Below are positions 42,382-52,066 of a stretch of 64,000 bases of DNA, one piece after another. Source of the stretch: Pseudomonadota bacterium (GTDB lineage: Bacteria; Bdellovibrionota; Bdellovibrionia; Bdellovibrionales; Bdellovibrionaceae); NCBI GenBank assembly GCA_041178425.1, contig JBEGVH010000031.1, positions 96,001 through 160,000 on the forward strand, in the 5' to 3' direction. The stretch's first letter is position 1. Each line of letters begins with the position of its first letter. Under the pieces are notes generated by a model. The model was not told where the DNA came from. It did not search any database and saw only the letters and a program-made list of their open reading frames with translations. A program made the position numbers and the translations under genes.

Positions 42382-42513
42382 TAAAAACAATTATCATTGG
42401 TCCAATTTTAAAAGATTCACTTAAAGCTATCTTCAAAGAGTTCCGAAAGAGTTTCTGAAAAAGTCGAATTTCTCATTTGAGATTTGATGGCTCGCTAAAT
42501 GCGGAGGAGCTCT

Positions 42514-44928
42514 ATGAGTTTTGAAGATAAAGCTGTCGATAAAGTTTCTGTACTGCCAATGTTGCCAGTGCGGGATATTGTTGTCTTCCCCTATATGATT
42601 CTACCACTTTTTGTTGGACGAGAGGCTTCGATCCGCTCGGTGGAAGACGCACTCACTAAAAACCGTTTGATCTTTTTGGTATCGCAGAAAGAGGTAGCGG
42701 ACGAAAATCCTCAACCAGAAGGAATTTTCGAGGTTGGCACGATTGCTGAGATCATGCGAATGCGAAAACTTTCTGATGGGCGAGTAAAAATTCTCATCAA
42801 GGGTGTCGCAAAGGCAAGAATCAAAAAATACCATAAAACGGCACCTTCTTATGAATGTGAAGTTGAAGTGGTCGATGAGAATCAGGGCTCAACAGCACTT
42901 GTTGAATTTGAGGCCATGATTAGAACGGCGAAGGAGCAGATCGAAAAGGTCATTGCACTTGGACGAGTTCTATCACCCGATATTCTTTTAGTACTAGACG
43001 ATGTTGCTGATCCAGGCCGTTTGGCCGATCTTATTGCAAGCAATATTGGCTTAAAAATCACTGATGCCCAGAAAATTCTCGAGACCGCTAGTCATAAGGA
43101 GCGCCTCAAGCTAGTGAATGATTTGCTCTCTGCTGAACTTGAAGTTCTTCAGATGCAACAAAAAATCCGCAATCAAGCCAAAGATGAAATGTCTAAGTCT
43201 CAAAGAGAGTACTTTCTTCGTGAACAAATGCGCGCCATTAAGAGCGAGTTGGGTGAGCAGGATTCAAAAGCTGAAGAGATGGACGAACTTCGTGACAAGT
43301 TGATTAAGTCGCAAATGCCCCCGGCTGTAGAGATCGAAGCCATGAAGCAGTTGGCCCGACTTGAGAGAATGCATCCCGACGCTTCGGAAGCATCAATGGT
43401 TCGCACTTATCTCGATGTTTTAATTGATTTGCCTTGGAATAAGAAAACAGAAGATAATCTTGATCTCGGAAGAGCCAAAAAAATCTTGGACGAAGATCAC
43501 TATGATTTACAACGTGTCAAAGATCGTATTCTTGAGTTCCTCGCCGTCAGAAAACTAAAAGCCGACATGAAGGGGCCAATCCTTTGTTTTGCGGGTCCTC
43601 CAGGGGTTGGAAAAACATCTTTAGGCCGCTCTATCGCGCGCTCTATGGGTCGTGAATATTTCCGTATCGCTCTCGGTGGTGTAAAAGATGAAGCTGAAAT
43701 TCGTGGTCATCGTCGTACGTATGTTGGGGCGATGCCTGGAAAAGTAGTGCAAGCACTTCGACAAGTTAAGACAAAAAACCCGGTTATCGTGCTCGATGAG
43801 GTAGATAAGTTGGGCAGTGACTTCCGTGGAGACCCAAGTGCCGCCATGCTCGAGGTATTAGATCCGGAACAAAATATTTCCTTTCGAGATAATTATCTCA
43901 ACGTCGACTTTGACCTGAGCAATTGTTTGTTCATCGCCACAGCTAACGTTTTGGAAAACATTCCGCCAGCACTTAGAGATCGTATGGAAGTCATTCAGAT
44001 TTCGGGTTACACTGAGAACGATAAGCTTTTGATTGCTAACAAACATTTGGTTGAGAGACAAATCGAGGCCAACGGACTGAGTAAAGAGAACATCACATTT
44101 ACAGATGATGGCTTACAATATGTTATTTCGCACTACACGCGAGAAGCGGGTCTTCGTAATCTCGAGAGAGAAGTTGGATCTGTTTGTCGGAAAGTGGCGA
44201 AGATGGTTGTTATGAACGAAACAAAACATCTCGAAATCACTCCCGATTCGGTGGTTGAACTTTTAGGACCCCCTCGTTATTTAAGAGATGAAAGCCTTAA
44301 AGATCCACAAGTTGGAATCGTTACTGGACTTGCTTGGACTCAAGCGGGCGGAGAAGTTCTGTATGTCGAGGCACTTAAAATGAAGGGCACTGGTGGATTA
44401 CGACTGACTGGCCAATTGGGCGAGGTCATGAAAGAATCTGCACAGGCTGCCTGGAGTTATGCAAAAGCTCATTATAAAGAGCTTGGCATTGCCGAAGACT
44501 TTTTTGAAAAGTGGGAAGTCCACGTGCATCTACCAGCAGGTGCGATTCCTAAAGATGGACCTTCTGCAGGTGTTACGCTCACGACAGCTTTGGTAAGTTT
44601 GGCTTCAGATATTCCTGTTCGCCACGACATTGCCATGACCGGTGAAGTGACACTTCAGGGTCGAGTTCTTCCAGTGGGTGGAATTCGAGAGAAATGCTTG
44701 GCCGCCTTGTCTGCCGGAGTGAAGAATATCGTCATTCCTTATGCGAACAAGAAAGACATTGTGGACATTCCAAAAGAGTTTAAAGAGAAGATGAATTTTA
44801 TCTTTGTAGAAAATGTTGATGAGGTCTTTAGTGTGGCCTACGACAAGAGCGCCAAGGGGAAGAAAACGCCAGTACCCAAAGGCGGTGGTAAAAGACCACG
44901 GTCACCATCGGCAGCGTCAGCAGCCTAA
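42514..44928 (+). CDS. lon: ATP-dependent Lon protease
   Basis: GPPGVGKTS, RGHRRTYVGA, PKDGPSAG catalytic Ser motif; GGAGG RBS before ATG 42514. Confidence 0.98.
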   Translation: MSFEDKAVDKVSVLPMLPVRDIVVFPYMILPLFVGREASIRSVEDALTKNRLIFLVSQKEVADENPQPEGIFEVGTIAEIMRMRKLSDGRVKILIKGVAKARIKKYHKTAPSYECEVEVVDENQGSTALVEFEAMIRTAKEQIEKVIALGRVLSPDILLVLDDVADPGRLADLIASNIGLKITDAQKILETASHKERLKLVNDLLSAELEVLQMQQKIRNQAKDEMSKSQREYFLREQMRAIKSELGEQDSKAEEMDELRDKLIKSQMPPAVEIEAMKQLARLERMHPDASEASMVRTYLDVLIDLPWNKKTEDNLDLGRAKKILDEDHYDLQRVKDRILEFLAVRKLKADMKGPILCFAGPPGVGKTSLGRSIARSMGREYFRIALGGVKDEAEIRGHRRTYVGAMPGKVVQALRQVKTKNPVIVLDEVDKLGSDFRGDPSAAMLEVLDPEQNISFRDNYLNVDFDLSNCLFIATANVLENIPPALRDRMEVIQISGYTENDKLLIANKHLVERQIEANGLSKENITFTDDGLQYVISHYTREAGLRNLEREVGSVCRKVAKMVVMNETKHLEITPDSVVELLGPPRYLRDESLKDPQVGIVTGLAWTQAGGEVLYVEALKMKGTGGLRLTGQLGEVMKESAQAAWSYAKAHYKELGIAEDFFEKWEVHVHLPAGAIPKDGPSAGVTLTTALVSLASDIPVRHDIAMTGEVTLQGRVLPVGGIREKCLAALSAGVKNIVIPYANKKDIVDIPKEFKEKMNFIFVENVDEVFSVAYDKSAKGKKTPVPKGGGKRPRSPSAASAA

Positions 44929-44964
44929 AACAAAAGAGGAGGGTAACCTCCTCTTTGTTTTTTT
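44928..44964 (+). terminator. Intrinsic terminator after lon
   Basis: AAAGAGGAGG-gtaa-CCTCCTCTTT followed by GTTTTTTT. Confidence 0.85.
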
Positions 44965-45048
44965 GGAAAACACTTGGTTCTTTCCTGGCTTGGCCGTAAA
45001 ATTCTAAGGGGCTTCAAAAAGGCTCCAGGCGGCAACTCAGGAGGACCT

Positions 45049-45516
45049 ATGCACGATCAATTCATGAAAAGAGCTATCGAGCTTTCTCGAGAACATATGA
45101 ATGCCAACCATGGCGGCCCCTTCGGAGCGGTCATCGTAAAAGATGGAATAATAATAGCTGAAGGCTGGAATAACGTAACATCATCTAACGATCCAACGGC
45201 CCATGCCGAAGTTTCAGTTATTCGAAAAGCCTGTGAGGCCCTCAAAACTTTTGAGCTCATCGGTTGCGAAATCTACACAAGCTGTGAGCCTTGTCCAATG
45301 TGTTTAGCCGCCATCTACTGGGCCAGAATAAATAAGATCTATTTTGCAAACACAAGGCAAGATGCCGCTGCGATACAATTCGATGACGAATTTCTTTATC
45401 AGGAATTAACTCTCCCCATTGACCGGCGTATGATTCCTATGGTTCAAGTGGATCGGGATGAGGCCTTGAAAGTTTTCAATGAATGGTCGGTAAAGTCAGA
45501 TAAATTAAGATATTGA
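45049..45516 (+). CDS. guaD: Guanine deaminase, cytidine-deaminase fold
   Basis: GGPFGAV, DPTAHAE, SCEPCPMC, FDDEFLY; AGGAGG RBS before ATG 45049. Confidence 0.85.
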   Translation: MHDQFMKRAIELSREHMNANHGGPFGAVIVKDGIIIAEGWNNVTSSNDPTAHAEVSVIRKACEALKTFELIGCEIYTSCEPCPMCLAAIYWARINKIYFANTRQDAAAIQFDDEFLYQELTLPIDRRMIPMVQVDRDEALKVFNEWSVKSDKLRY

Positions 45517-45527
45517 TTGGCTAAAAG

Positions 45528-46220
45528 ATGAATAAGAGTAAGGCAAAAAAGTCATTTATCACTCATTGGCAAAGACACCAAATTGTTTGGCTCGGAGTGG
45601 CTATGGTGCTGACTTCCATTTTGGCCATATTTTACATCGATCAGCCATTGACCCGTTGGATGCATGAGAATGTGCAACCCAAATTTTTGTCTGCGGCGGA
45701 AGTGGTCACATGGTTTGGCCTCGGTGACACCTATTTTATGATTGCAGTATTTGGTTATCTTCTTGCTCGATTGTTTACTAAAAAGTGGACTCATCTGGGC
45801 TGGGTGCGTAGATGGGGCGAAGCTAAAACAAATTTTATTTTTATGTTTTATAGTTTTTTTGTTTCAGGAATTTTAGTTTTATTTTTGAAAGCGTTTTTTG
45901 GGCGCTGCCGTCCCTATCATAGTGTCAATTATGCGCCCTTAGATTTTCAACCTCTGACTCTCGATTGGCACTATCAATCTTATCCCTCTGGGCATACGCA
46001 GGTGGGGTTTACTTTGGCGACCTTCTTATCAGTTCTTTTTCCTAAATTTACCAAATATTTTTATTGTTTGGCAGCGTTCATTGGATTTTCTCGAGTTGTT
46101 CTTGAGAAGCACTATCTTGGCGATGTTATTGCCGGGGCTTTTGTTGGAATTTTAGGAACCTATGTGGCGTGGCACTGGAGGGGCAAGTATCTCCTGCCCC
46201 ACATAACGCATCAGCATTAA
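45528..46220 (+). CDS. PAP2 family membrane phosphatase
   Basis: KAFFGRCRP, YPSGH, SRVVLEKHYLGDV conserved PAP2 motifs. Confidence 0.88.
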   Translation: MNKSKAKKSFITHWQRHQIVWLGVAMVLTSILAIFYIDQPLTRWMHENVQPKFLSAAEVVTWFGLGDTYFMIAVFGYLLARLFTKKWTHLGWVRRWGEAKTNFIFMFYSFFVSGILVLFLKAFFGRCRPYHSVNYAPLDFQPLTLDWHYQSYPSGHTQVGFTLATFLSVLFPKFTKYFYCLAAFIGFSRVVLEKHYLGDVIAGAFVGILGTYVAWHWRGKYLLPHITHQH

Positions 46221-47495
46221 TTACTGAACTGAAAGACTCAAAATACTCATCTCTGGAACCGGGTTAGCACTTTCAATAAAGAATGTCCCGCTTCCGCCGT
46301 GGGCAGCCGTCACCGATTCCATTTTTGCGTTGAGGATTTTTTCAACCTTGAAGTCCATGGTTTTATTATCGGGAGTAATGAACTCACCAGCATCACCTAA
46401 GTTAATCTTGTTGCGCACTTCGACGGCAAGAAATCCAGCCGGCGCTTCGTCGCGAGTAACGATCCCGCCAAATTTTTGAGAGTAATAGCGCGGAACACTA
46501 GTATCATAGTTTTGCCCCTCAACGTCGGGTGTTTTTACCATGAACCCCGTGTGGTAACCTCTGTTGGCAACTTTATCGAGTTCTTTTAATAAACCAGGAT
46601 CGAAGGTCTTTCCAGCCATCATATCATCGATCGCTTGTCGATAAGCACGGGTAACCATGGCTACATAGTACTCTGATTTTGTGCGGCCTTCGACCTTAAG
46701 AGAGCAAACACCAGCATCGTAAATTTCCTTGATGTGTTCAATGAGTCTAAGGTCTTTAGCGTTCATGATATAAGTACCATGTTCGTCTTCATCAATTTGA
46801 TAAAGCTCACCCTTGTTGCGAAGGTCCTCGAGGTAATATTCTGAAGTATCTTTTTTAGTTTCAAAAAGGTGAAATTTCTCGCGGCAAGAGTTGTCGCAGA
46901 CGCCTTGATTAGCATCACGATAACTAAAGTAACTCGACATTAAACAGCGGCCTGAGTAAGCAATACAAATGGCCCCATGAACGAAGGCTTCCAACTCAAC
47001 GGTTGGAACACGTTCCTTAATTTCTTTAATTTCGTTCACCTGAAGTTCGCGGCTTAGAATTACGCGTTCGACTCCCATTTGTTCATGCCAAAATTTCACT
47101 CCTTGCCAATTCATTACGTTCGCCTGAACTGATAAATGAATTGGTACTTCGGGGTGTTTCTCTCTCACCATTGCGATGAGGCCGGGGTCGCTCATGATCA
47201 GTGCATCTGGCTTTAGAGAGGCCCAATCGCTGATTTGGCGATCAAACTCTTTTATCTTTCGATTACGAGCAAAGATGTTAGCGGTAACATAAAGTTTTTT
47301 GTTCATGGAGCGAGCTAGATCAATAGATTCCTTGAGGGCCTCAAGATTAAATTCGTTTTCGCGCGCACGCAGAGAAAACAGAGGCACGCCAACATAGGCC
47401 GCATCGGCACCATAGGCATAAGCAAAACGAAGTTTGTCGAGTGAACCTGCAGGCATCAATAATTCAGGACTCATGGCTGGTTTTGGCGAAGTCAT
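46221..47495 (-). CDS. trhP: U32 peptidase family tRNA hydroxylation protein (TrhP/YegQ)
   Basis: PELLMPAG, FVHGAICIAYSGRC, NQGVCDNSCR, SLKVEGR. Confidence 0.85.
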   Translation of the reverse strand: MTSPKPAMSPELLMPAGSLDKLRFAYAYGADAAYVGVPLFSLRARENEFNLEALKESIDLARSMNKKLYVTANIFARNRKIKEFDRQISDWASLKPDALIMSDPGLIAMVREKHPEVPIHLSVQANVMNWQGVKFWHEQMGVERVILSRELQVNEIKEIKERVPTVELEAFVHGAICIAYSGRCLMSSYFSYRDANQGVCDNSCREKFHLFETKKDTSEYYLEDLRNKGELYQIDEDEHGTYIMNAKDLRLIEHIKEIYDAGVCSLKVEGRTKSEYYVAMVTRAYRQAIDDMMAGKTFDPGLLKELDKVANRGYHTGFMVKTPDVEGQNYDTSVPRYYSQKFGGIVTRDEAPAGFLAVEVRNKINLGDAGEFITPDNKTMDFKVEKILNAKMESVTAAHGGSGTFFIESANPVPEMSILSLSVQ

Positions 47496-47785
47496 CTGGA
47501 AACCTCTTCAAGAAGGTGGGAGAAAATCAGCCTAGTTCCTAGCACAGGCTTGGAAACTATTCAAATGCGTGAATCCCCGATTTTGGTTGTTTGAAAGAAG
47601 TTCAGTCCGACAGGACTTTGGGTGTTACTCGACCCGATCAGCCCATGGCCCTATCGACTTTAGCCCCTAGCCATGAGTCCAGGTTTTCCCGTCGAAGGTC
47701 TAGTCCTCGACGAGATTTCGGTCCGGAAAAGCTCGAGGAAGGTCTAGTTCCTATCTGGCTTTGGTCCAGTTTTGGTTTCCTCGAC

Positions 47786-47812
47786 TAAAGGGTTACAGGA
47801 CCTCGCCGATAG
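47786..47812 (+). promoter_or_regulatory. Sigma28 (FliA) promoter of flagellin
   Basis: TAAA-N15-GCCGATAG, near-perfect match to TAAA-N15-GCCGATAA. Confidence 0.88.
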
Positions 47813-47838
47813 GTTGGGTGTGAGTAAAACAATAACAA

Positions 47839-47924
47839 GCCCTCAGGAAAGGGCGGTTGATGCGAAGAGGAGTAGGAACCTCGACCTTCGACTGGAAAAG
47901 GAATTCTCATCACCTAATTGGAGG
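47839..47924 (+). promoter_or_regulatory. Putative CsrA-binding leader (GGA motifs in hairpin loops)
   Basis: GCCCT-CAGGAA-AGGGC, GAGG-AGTAGGAA-CCTC, plus CTGGA, AAGGA and the TGGAGG RBS. Confidence 0.6.
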
Positions 47925-47929
47925 TCCTT

Positions 47930-48763
47930 ATGGGAATGAGAATATCAACGAACGTGGCATCACTGAATGCACAGCGTAGCATGTCTGGCGCTCAGCGCGA
48001 GATTTCGAAGAGCTTCGCTCAGTTGTCTTCAGGGAGCCGAATCACCAAAGCTGCTGACGATGCGGCTGGCTTAAGTATCAGTGAAAACTTAAAGTCGGTT
48101 GGGCGAAGTATGCAGCAGGCGCAAAGGAACGCCAACGATGGTATCTCCATGGTTCAGGTCGCAGAGGGGGGGCTCAATGAGATTTCTAATATCATGACCC
48201 GCTTGCGCGAACTAGGCATTCAGGCCTCCTCTGATACCGTTGGAGATCGAGAAAGAGGCTTTATTAACAACGAGGTTCAACAGCTTTCGAGCGAAGTGGA
48301 CCGAATCGCAAAAACCACAAAGTTCAGTGGAGTGAATCTCCTCGATGGAACTGGGGTTAAGTTTGATTTCCAAGTGGGAATCAACAACACAGATAATCTA
48401 GATAGGATTTCCTATAATGCGGGCGAAACGAATGCAACGTCCGACAATTTAGGAATCGGAGGCTTCGACTTTTCATCAAAAAGTGGAGCTCAAGATGCCC
48501 TCAATAAAATCGACGATGCTCAGGCACAGGCCAACGGCTATCGAGCCAACCTGGGTGCTCTACAAAACCGATTACAGGCCACCGTCGATAACTTAGGCGT
48601 ATCGCATGAGAACTTAGCTGCCGCCAATTCTCGAATCCGCGACACGGATATCGGTCAAGCATCAGCAGAGCTCACGCGAAACAACATCCTTCTTAATGCT
48701 TCGATTGGCACCTTGGCGCAAGCTAACGTTGCCCCTCAGATGGCAATGAAGTTAATTGGTTAA
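47930..48763 (+). CDS. fliC: Flagellin (short, 277 aa)
   Basis: LSSGSRITKAADDAAGL, RNANDGIS, RANLGALQNRL, SRIRDTD. Confidence 0.97.
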   Translation: MGMRISTNVASLNAQRSMSGAQREISKSFAQLSSGSRITKAADDAAGLSISENLKSVGRSMQQAQRNANDGISMVQVAEGGLNEISNIMTRLRELGIQASSDTVGDRERGFINNEVQQLSSEVDRIAKTTKFSGVNLLDGTGVKFDFQVGINNTDNLDRISYNAGETNATSDNLGIGGFDFSSKSGAQDALNKIDDAQAQANGYRANLGALQNRLQATVDNLGVSHENLAAANSRIRDTDIGQASAELTRNNILLNASIGTLAQANVAPQMAMKLIG

Positions 48764-48814
48764 TAAAATTTTTGAATTGGGGTGGACCTCCCAAGACCCC
48801 ACGGTACCTACCTA

Positions 48815-48836
48815 CCGGAGGGAAATTTCCCTCCGG
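48815..48836. terminator. Perfect 22 bp palindrome between convergent fliC and PNP (likely bidirectional terminator or stabiliser)
   Basis: CCGGAGGGAAATTTCCCTCCGG. Confidence 0.55.
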
Positions 48837-48885
48837 GTACCCTTCAGATTAGAGTTAATCTAAATCTGTTTGGTAAGTGAAGGAG

Positions 48886-49707
48886 TTAGGGAGTGAGGGA
48901 GGCTATGAATTCAGAAATAAAAGAGGAGAATTGTGTTTCAACCCGCTTGGCGGTGTCAGTGACCTCTACATGGGAAAGTTTTTGTTGGGAAATGCCAGCT
49001 GCCTTATTTGTGATGCAGCTGATGCCACAAACTTTAATTCCCATATGGTTAGCGGCGATCACCTCGGGCACAGTGCTCATACCCACGGCCGAGCCACCAA
49101 TCATCCGCAGATACCTGACTTCTGCTGGAGTCTCATAGGTGGGACCACTCAGAGCGCAGTAGACGCCTCGGTGAAATTTAATTTTGTTGCGATTCAGGAC
49201 TTTGGCGAGTTGTTCTCGCAAACTAAGCGAATAGGCTTCGGTCATGTCGGGAAACCGAGCACCTAAGCTTTGTTCATTAGGTCCGATGAGGGGATTTGTG
49301 CCCATTAGGTTAATATGATCTTCGAGGATCATAAAGTCTCCAGGCTGCATCGCTGGATCAAGGCCCCCAGCGGCATTGGTGACCAAAACGGAGTGAATGC
49401 CAAGTTTGGCAATCGTTCTCATAGGGAAAACCACAGAGGCCATCGAATGGCCTTCATAAAAATGAATTCGTCCTTGTAGGCAAACAACGGGCGTTCTGCC
49501 GACCGTTCCAAAAATCATTCGGCCGTTGTGACCATCAACACTGGGTTGTGCGAAATTTGGAATATCTTTATACGCGATAATATTATCAACCTTAATTTGG
49601 TTAGCGAAGGGCCCCAGGCCAGAGCCGAGGATGATACCTACTTGTGGTCGAATTTTTGTTTGAGACATCAAGAAGGCAGTTGTCTGAGTTAATTGGTCAG
49701 TAAGCAT
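48886..49707 (-). CDS. punA: Purine-nucleoside phosphorylase (trimeric type)
   Basis: ILGSGLG, GRIHFYEG, GPTYETPAE, VGMSTVPE. Confidence 0.93.
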   Translation of the reverse strand: MLTDQLTQTTAFLMSQTKIRPQVGIILGSGLGPFANQIKVDNIIAYKDIPNFAQPSVDGHNGRMIFGTVGRTPVVCLQGRIHFYEGHSMASVVFPMRTIAKLGIHSVLVTNAAGGLDPAMQPGDFMILEDHINLMGTNPLIGPNEQSLGARFPDMTEAYSLSLREQLAKVLNRNKIKFHRGVYCALSGPTYETPAEVRYLRMIGGSAVGMSTVPEVIAANHMGIKVCGISCITNKAAGISQQKLSHVEVTDTAKRVETQFSSFISEFIASLTP

Positions 49708-49717
49708 TGTAACCTCT

Positions 49718-51043
49718 TTAGTTGATAATTTTAGAAATTAACTCAAATTTTTCGGGTTGTTTATCAGAAACTAGAACCGTATCGACTAATTCTGACTCAA
49801 TAGAGTTAATCATTGTCTCCGTCGAAGCAAAAATAGTCCATAAGGGATCGCCCACTTCGACTTTGTCACCGATTTTTGTATGAACCATAAACCCTGCCGT
49901 TGGATCAATAAGGTCGCTCACTTCTTTTCGGCCAGCGCCAAGTTGTACTCCGAGCATTCCAATGCGCTCACCCTTGAATCCAACGATATAGCCAGCGCGA
50001 GGGCATCCAACTGTTTTTTGAATCGCAGCTTTGGGAAGTGATTCAAGGTGGCCCCCTTGATCTTGGCACACAGCTTCGAATAGTTTTAGGGCGCGCCCCG
50101 AAGTCAGAGCCTCGAGAGCTAAAGACTTTGCCTCATCCCGATTATCGGCGGCACCACCTAAAACGAGCATCTCTGCGGCCAGCAGAACGCTGAGCTCACG
50201 ATTATCAGCGTACAAATCAACACCATATTTATTTATTAAAGTCTTACCTCTCATGATTTCAAGGCATTCATGGATCTCAAGGGCATTACCGATGTAGGCC
50301 CCGAGCGGCTGATTCATATTTGTTAAAAACGCAGTGACTTTTTTACCAGCCCCGCGACCAATTCCTTGAAGTGAGAGCGCTAAACGCTGGGCCTCTTCGA
50401 TTGTTTTCATAAAGGCGCCCATCCCAAATTTCACATCGAGGACGAGCCCATCGAGGTCTTCGGCCAACTTTTTGGACATGATAGAAGCGGATATTAGCTC
50501 CAAGCTCTCAATGGTGCCGGTGACATCGCGAAGCGCATACATTTTTTTGTCGGCGGGGCAAATATCTTTTGTTTGCCCAATGAAGCAGACTCCATGTTTC
50601 TTTAGAATGGTTTTGAAGGTCAGCAAATCTAATTGAGTATTAAAGCCGGGAATGCTCTCGAGTTTATCGAGGGTTCCTCCGGTATGACCCAAGCCACGAC
50701 CCGACATCATTGGAACGGTGACACCACAGGCCGCCACGATGGGCCCTAGTATCAGGCTGGTTTTATCGCCGATCCCTCCAGTTGAGTGCTTATCTACTTT
50801 TTTTTGTGGGATTTCATTTAGGTCAATGATTGAGCCCGAGTTCAACATGGTTTGGGTGAGCAAGAGAGTTTCATTAGGGCTTAAACCTTTTAGGCGAACG
50901 GCCATAAGCCAGGCGCTCATTTGGTAATCGGGAATTTCTCCATGAGTGAATCCCATTACTAGCGCTTTCAATTCATCTGCAGAAAGAGGAATTTGGTCTC
51001 TAGTTTTTTTTATAGCTTCGACTGGGAGAAATGGAGTCTTCAT
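49718..51043 (-). CDS. deoA: Thymidine/pyrimidine-nucleoside phosphorylase
   Basis: DKHSTGGIGDK, SGRGLGHTGGTLDKLESIPG, SIMSKK. Confidence 0.93.
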   Translation of the reverse strand: MKTPFLPVEAIKKTRDQIPLSADELKALVMGFTHGEIPDYQMSAWLMAVRLKGLSPNETLLLTQTMLNSGSIIDLNEIPQKKVDKHSTGGIGDKTSLILGPIVAACGVTVPMMSGRGLGHTGGTLDKLESIPGFNTQLDLLTFKTILKKHGVCFIGQTKDICPADKKMYALRDVTGTIESLELISASIMSKKLAEDLDGLVLDVKFGMGAFMKTIEEAQRLALSLQGIGRGAGKKVTAFLTNMNQPLGAYIGNALEIHECLEIMRGKTLINKYGVDLYADNRELSVLLAAEMLVLGGAADNRDEAKSLALEALTSGRALKLFEAVCQDQGGHLESLPKAAIQKTVGCPRAGYIVGFKGERIGMLGVQLGAGRKEVSDLIDPTAGFMVHTKIGDKVEVGDPLWTIFASTETMINSIESELVDTVLVSDKQPEKFELISKIIN

Positions 51044-51058
51044 ACTTGCGTTTTCCCT

Positions 51059-51739
51059 TTAATAAGACTGTGGGGCCACTGACTGACCGGTGACAAGTTG
51101 GACTCCCGAACTCGTACCGAGTCGTGTGGCACCTGCGACTATTAAGTCTTGGGCTTGATCCAATGTTTTAATTCCACCACTGGCCTTGACCTCGATATTC
51201 TTGGAAACTGTGGCGCGCATGAGTCTAACATGCTCTACGGTTGCAGCCCCCCCAGAAAAGCCGGTGCAGGTTTTTACAAATTTTGCTCCAGCGGCTTCAG
51301 CAATTTTACAGGACTCCACGATTTCTTCTGTCGTAAGAAGTGCTGTTTCGAGGATGACTTTGACCGGAGCAGAGATGGATTGAGTCACTTTACGGATATC
51401 CTCTTCGGCCTTCTTCCAGTGGCGATCTTTGATGGCCCCAATGTTTATCACCATGTCGATTTCTTGAGCTCCATTCTCTTCGGCCAGCTGTGCTTCAAAG
51501 CTTTTAGACGCGGTGAGATTAGCTCCTAATGGAAACCCAATAACAGAAACAACTAAGGTCTGCGAGTTCAGAAGCATGGATTTCACGAGGGGAATATGTG
51601 AGGAGTTTACGCAAACTCCTTTAAATTGATGAGTTAGCGCTTCCTTACAGAGTTGACGAATTTGGTCCTCGGTCGCATCTGGCTTCAAAAGGGTGTGATC
51701 GATAAATCGGGACAATTCCAAAAATTTTGTTGTCTCCAT
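51059..51739 (-). CDS. deoC: Deoxyribose-phosphate aldolase
   Basis: IDHTLLK, GFPLGA, KVILET, VKASGGI, RLGTS. Confidence 0.95.
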   Translation of the reverse strand: METTKFLELSRFIDHTLLKPDATEDQIRQLCKEALTHQFKGVCVNSSHIPLVKSMLLNSQTLVVSVIGFPLGANLTASKSFEAQLAEENGAQEIDMVINIGAIKDRHWKKAEEDIRKVTQSISAPVKVILETALLTTEEIVESCKIAEAAGAKFVKTCTGFSGGAATVEHVRLMRATVSKNIEVKASGGIKTLDQAQDLIVAGATRLGTSSGVQLVTGQSVAPQSY

Positions 51740-51763
51740 GAGCGACATCTCCAAGAATAAGGC

Positions 51764-52066
51764 ATGAGCACCTCTCTAAAACACATCATAATCTCAGGTA
51801 GAGTTCAAGGAGTAGGCTTCAGGCGATATGTTTTTAATGAGGCTCAAAAACTCAAGATCCAGGGTTGGGTGCGAAATTTATGGGATGGACGAGTCGAGGT
51901 ACTGGTTGCCTTGAATTTAGAAAATGAAAAAGAATTTTTAGAGCTCCTTCAGAAAGGCCCGAAGTTTTCAGAGGTTGCAGATTTGCAAATTCAAAATGTT
52001 TCGGGACCAATCGTTCTAGAAAGCTTTCAAATCAAAGAGGATGGGAGAACCCTTTATGCAATTTAG
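51764..52066 (+). CDS. acyP: Acylphosphatase
   Basis: GRVQGVGFR, GWVRNL.DGRVE. Confidence 0.93.
   Translation: MSTSLKHIIISGRVQGVGFRRYVFNEAQKLKIQGWVRNLWDGRVEVLVALNLENEKEFLELLQKGPKFSEVADLQIQNVSGPIVLESFQIKEDGRTLYAI

Noticed and set aside
44965..45048. Purine riboswitch upstream of guaD
   Set aside because: Leader is too short and lacks the aptamer core; a plain TTGGTT-N17-TAAAAT promoter-like sequence is present instead
47591..47788. 65 aa ORF upstream of flagellin
   Set aside because: TTG start without RBS, no motifs, runs into the sigma28 promoter; probably non-coding
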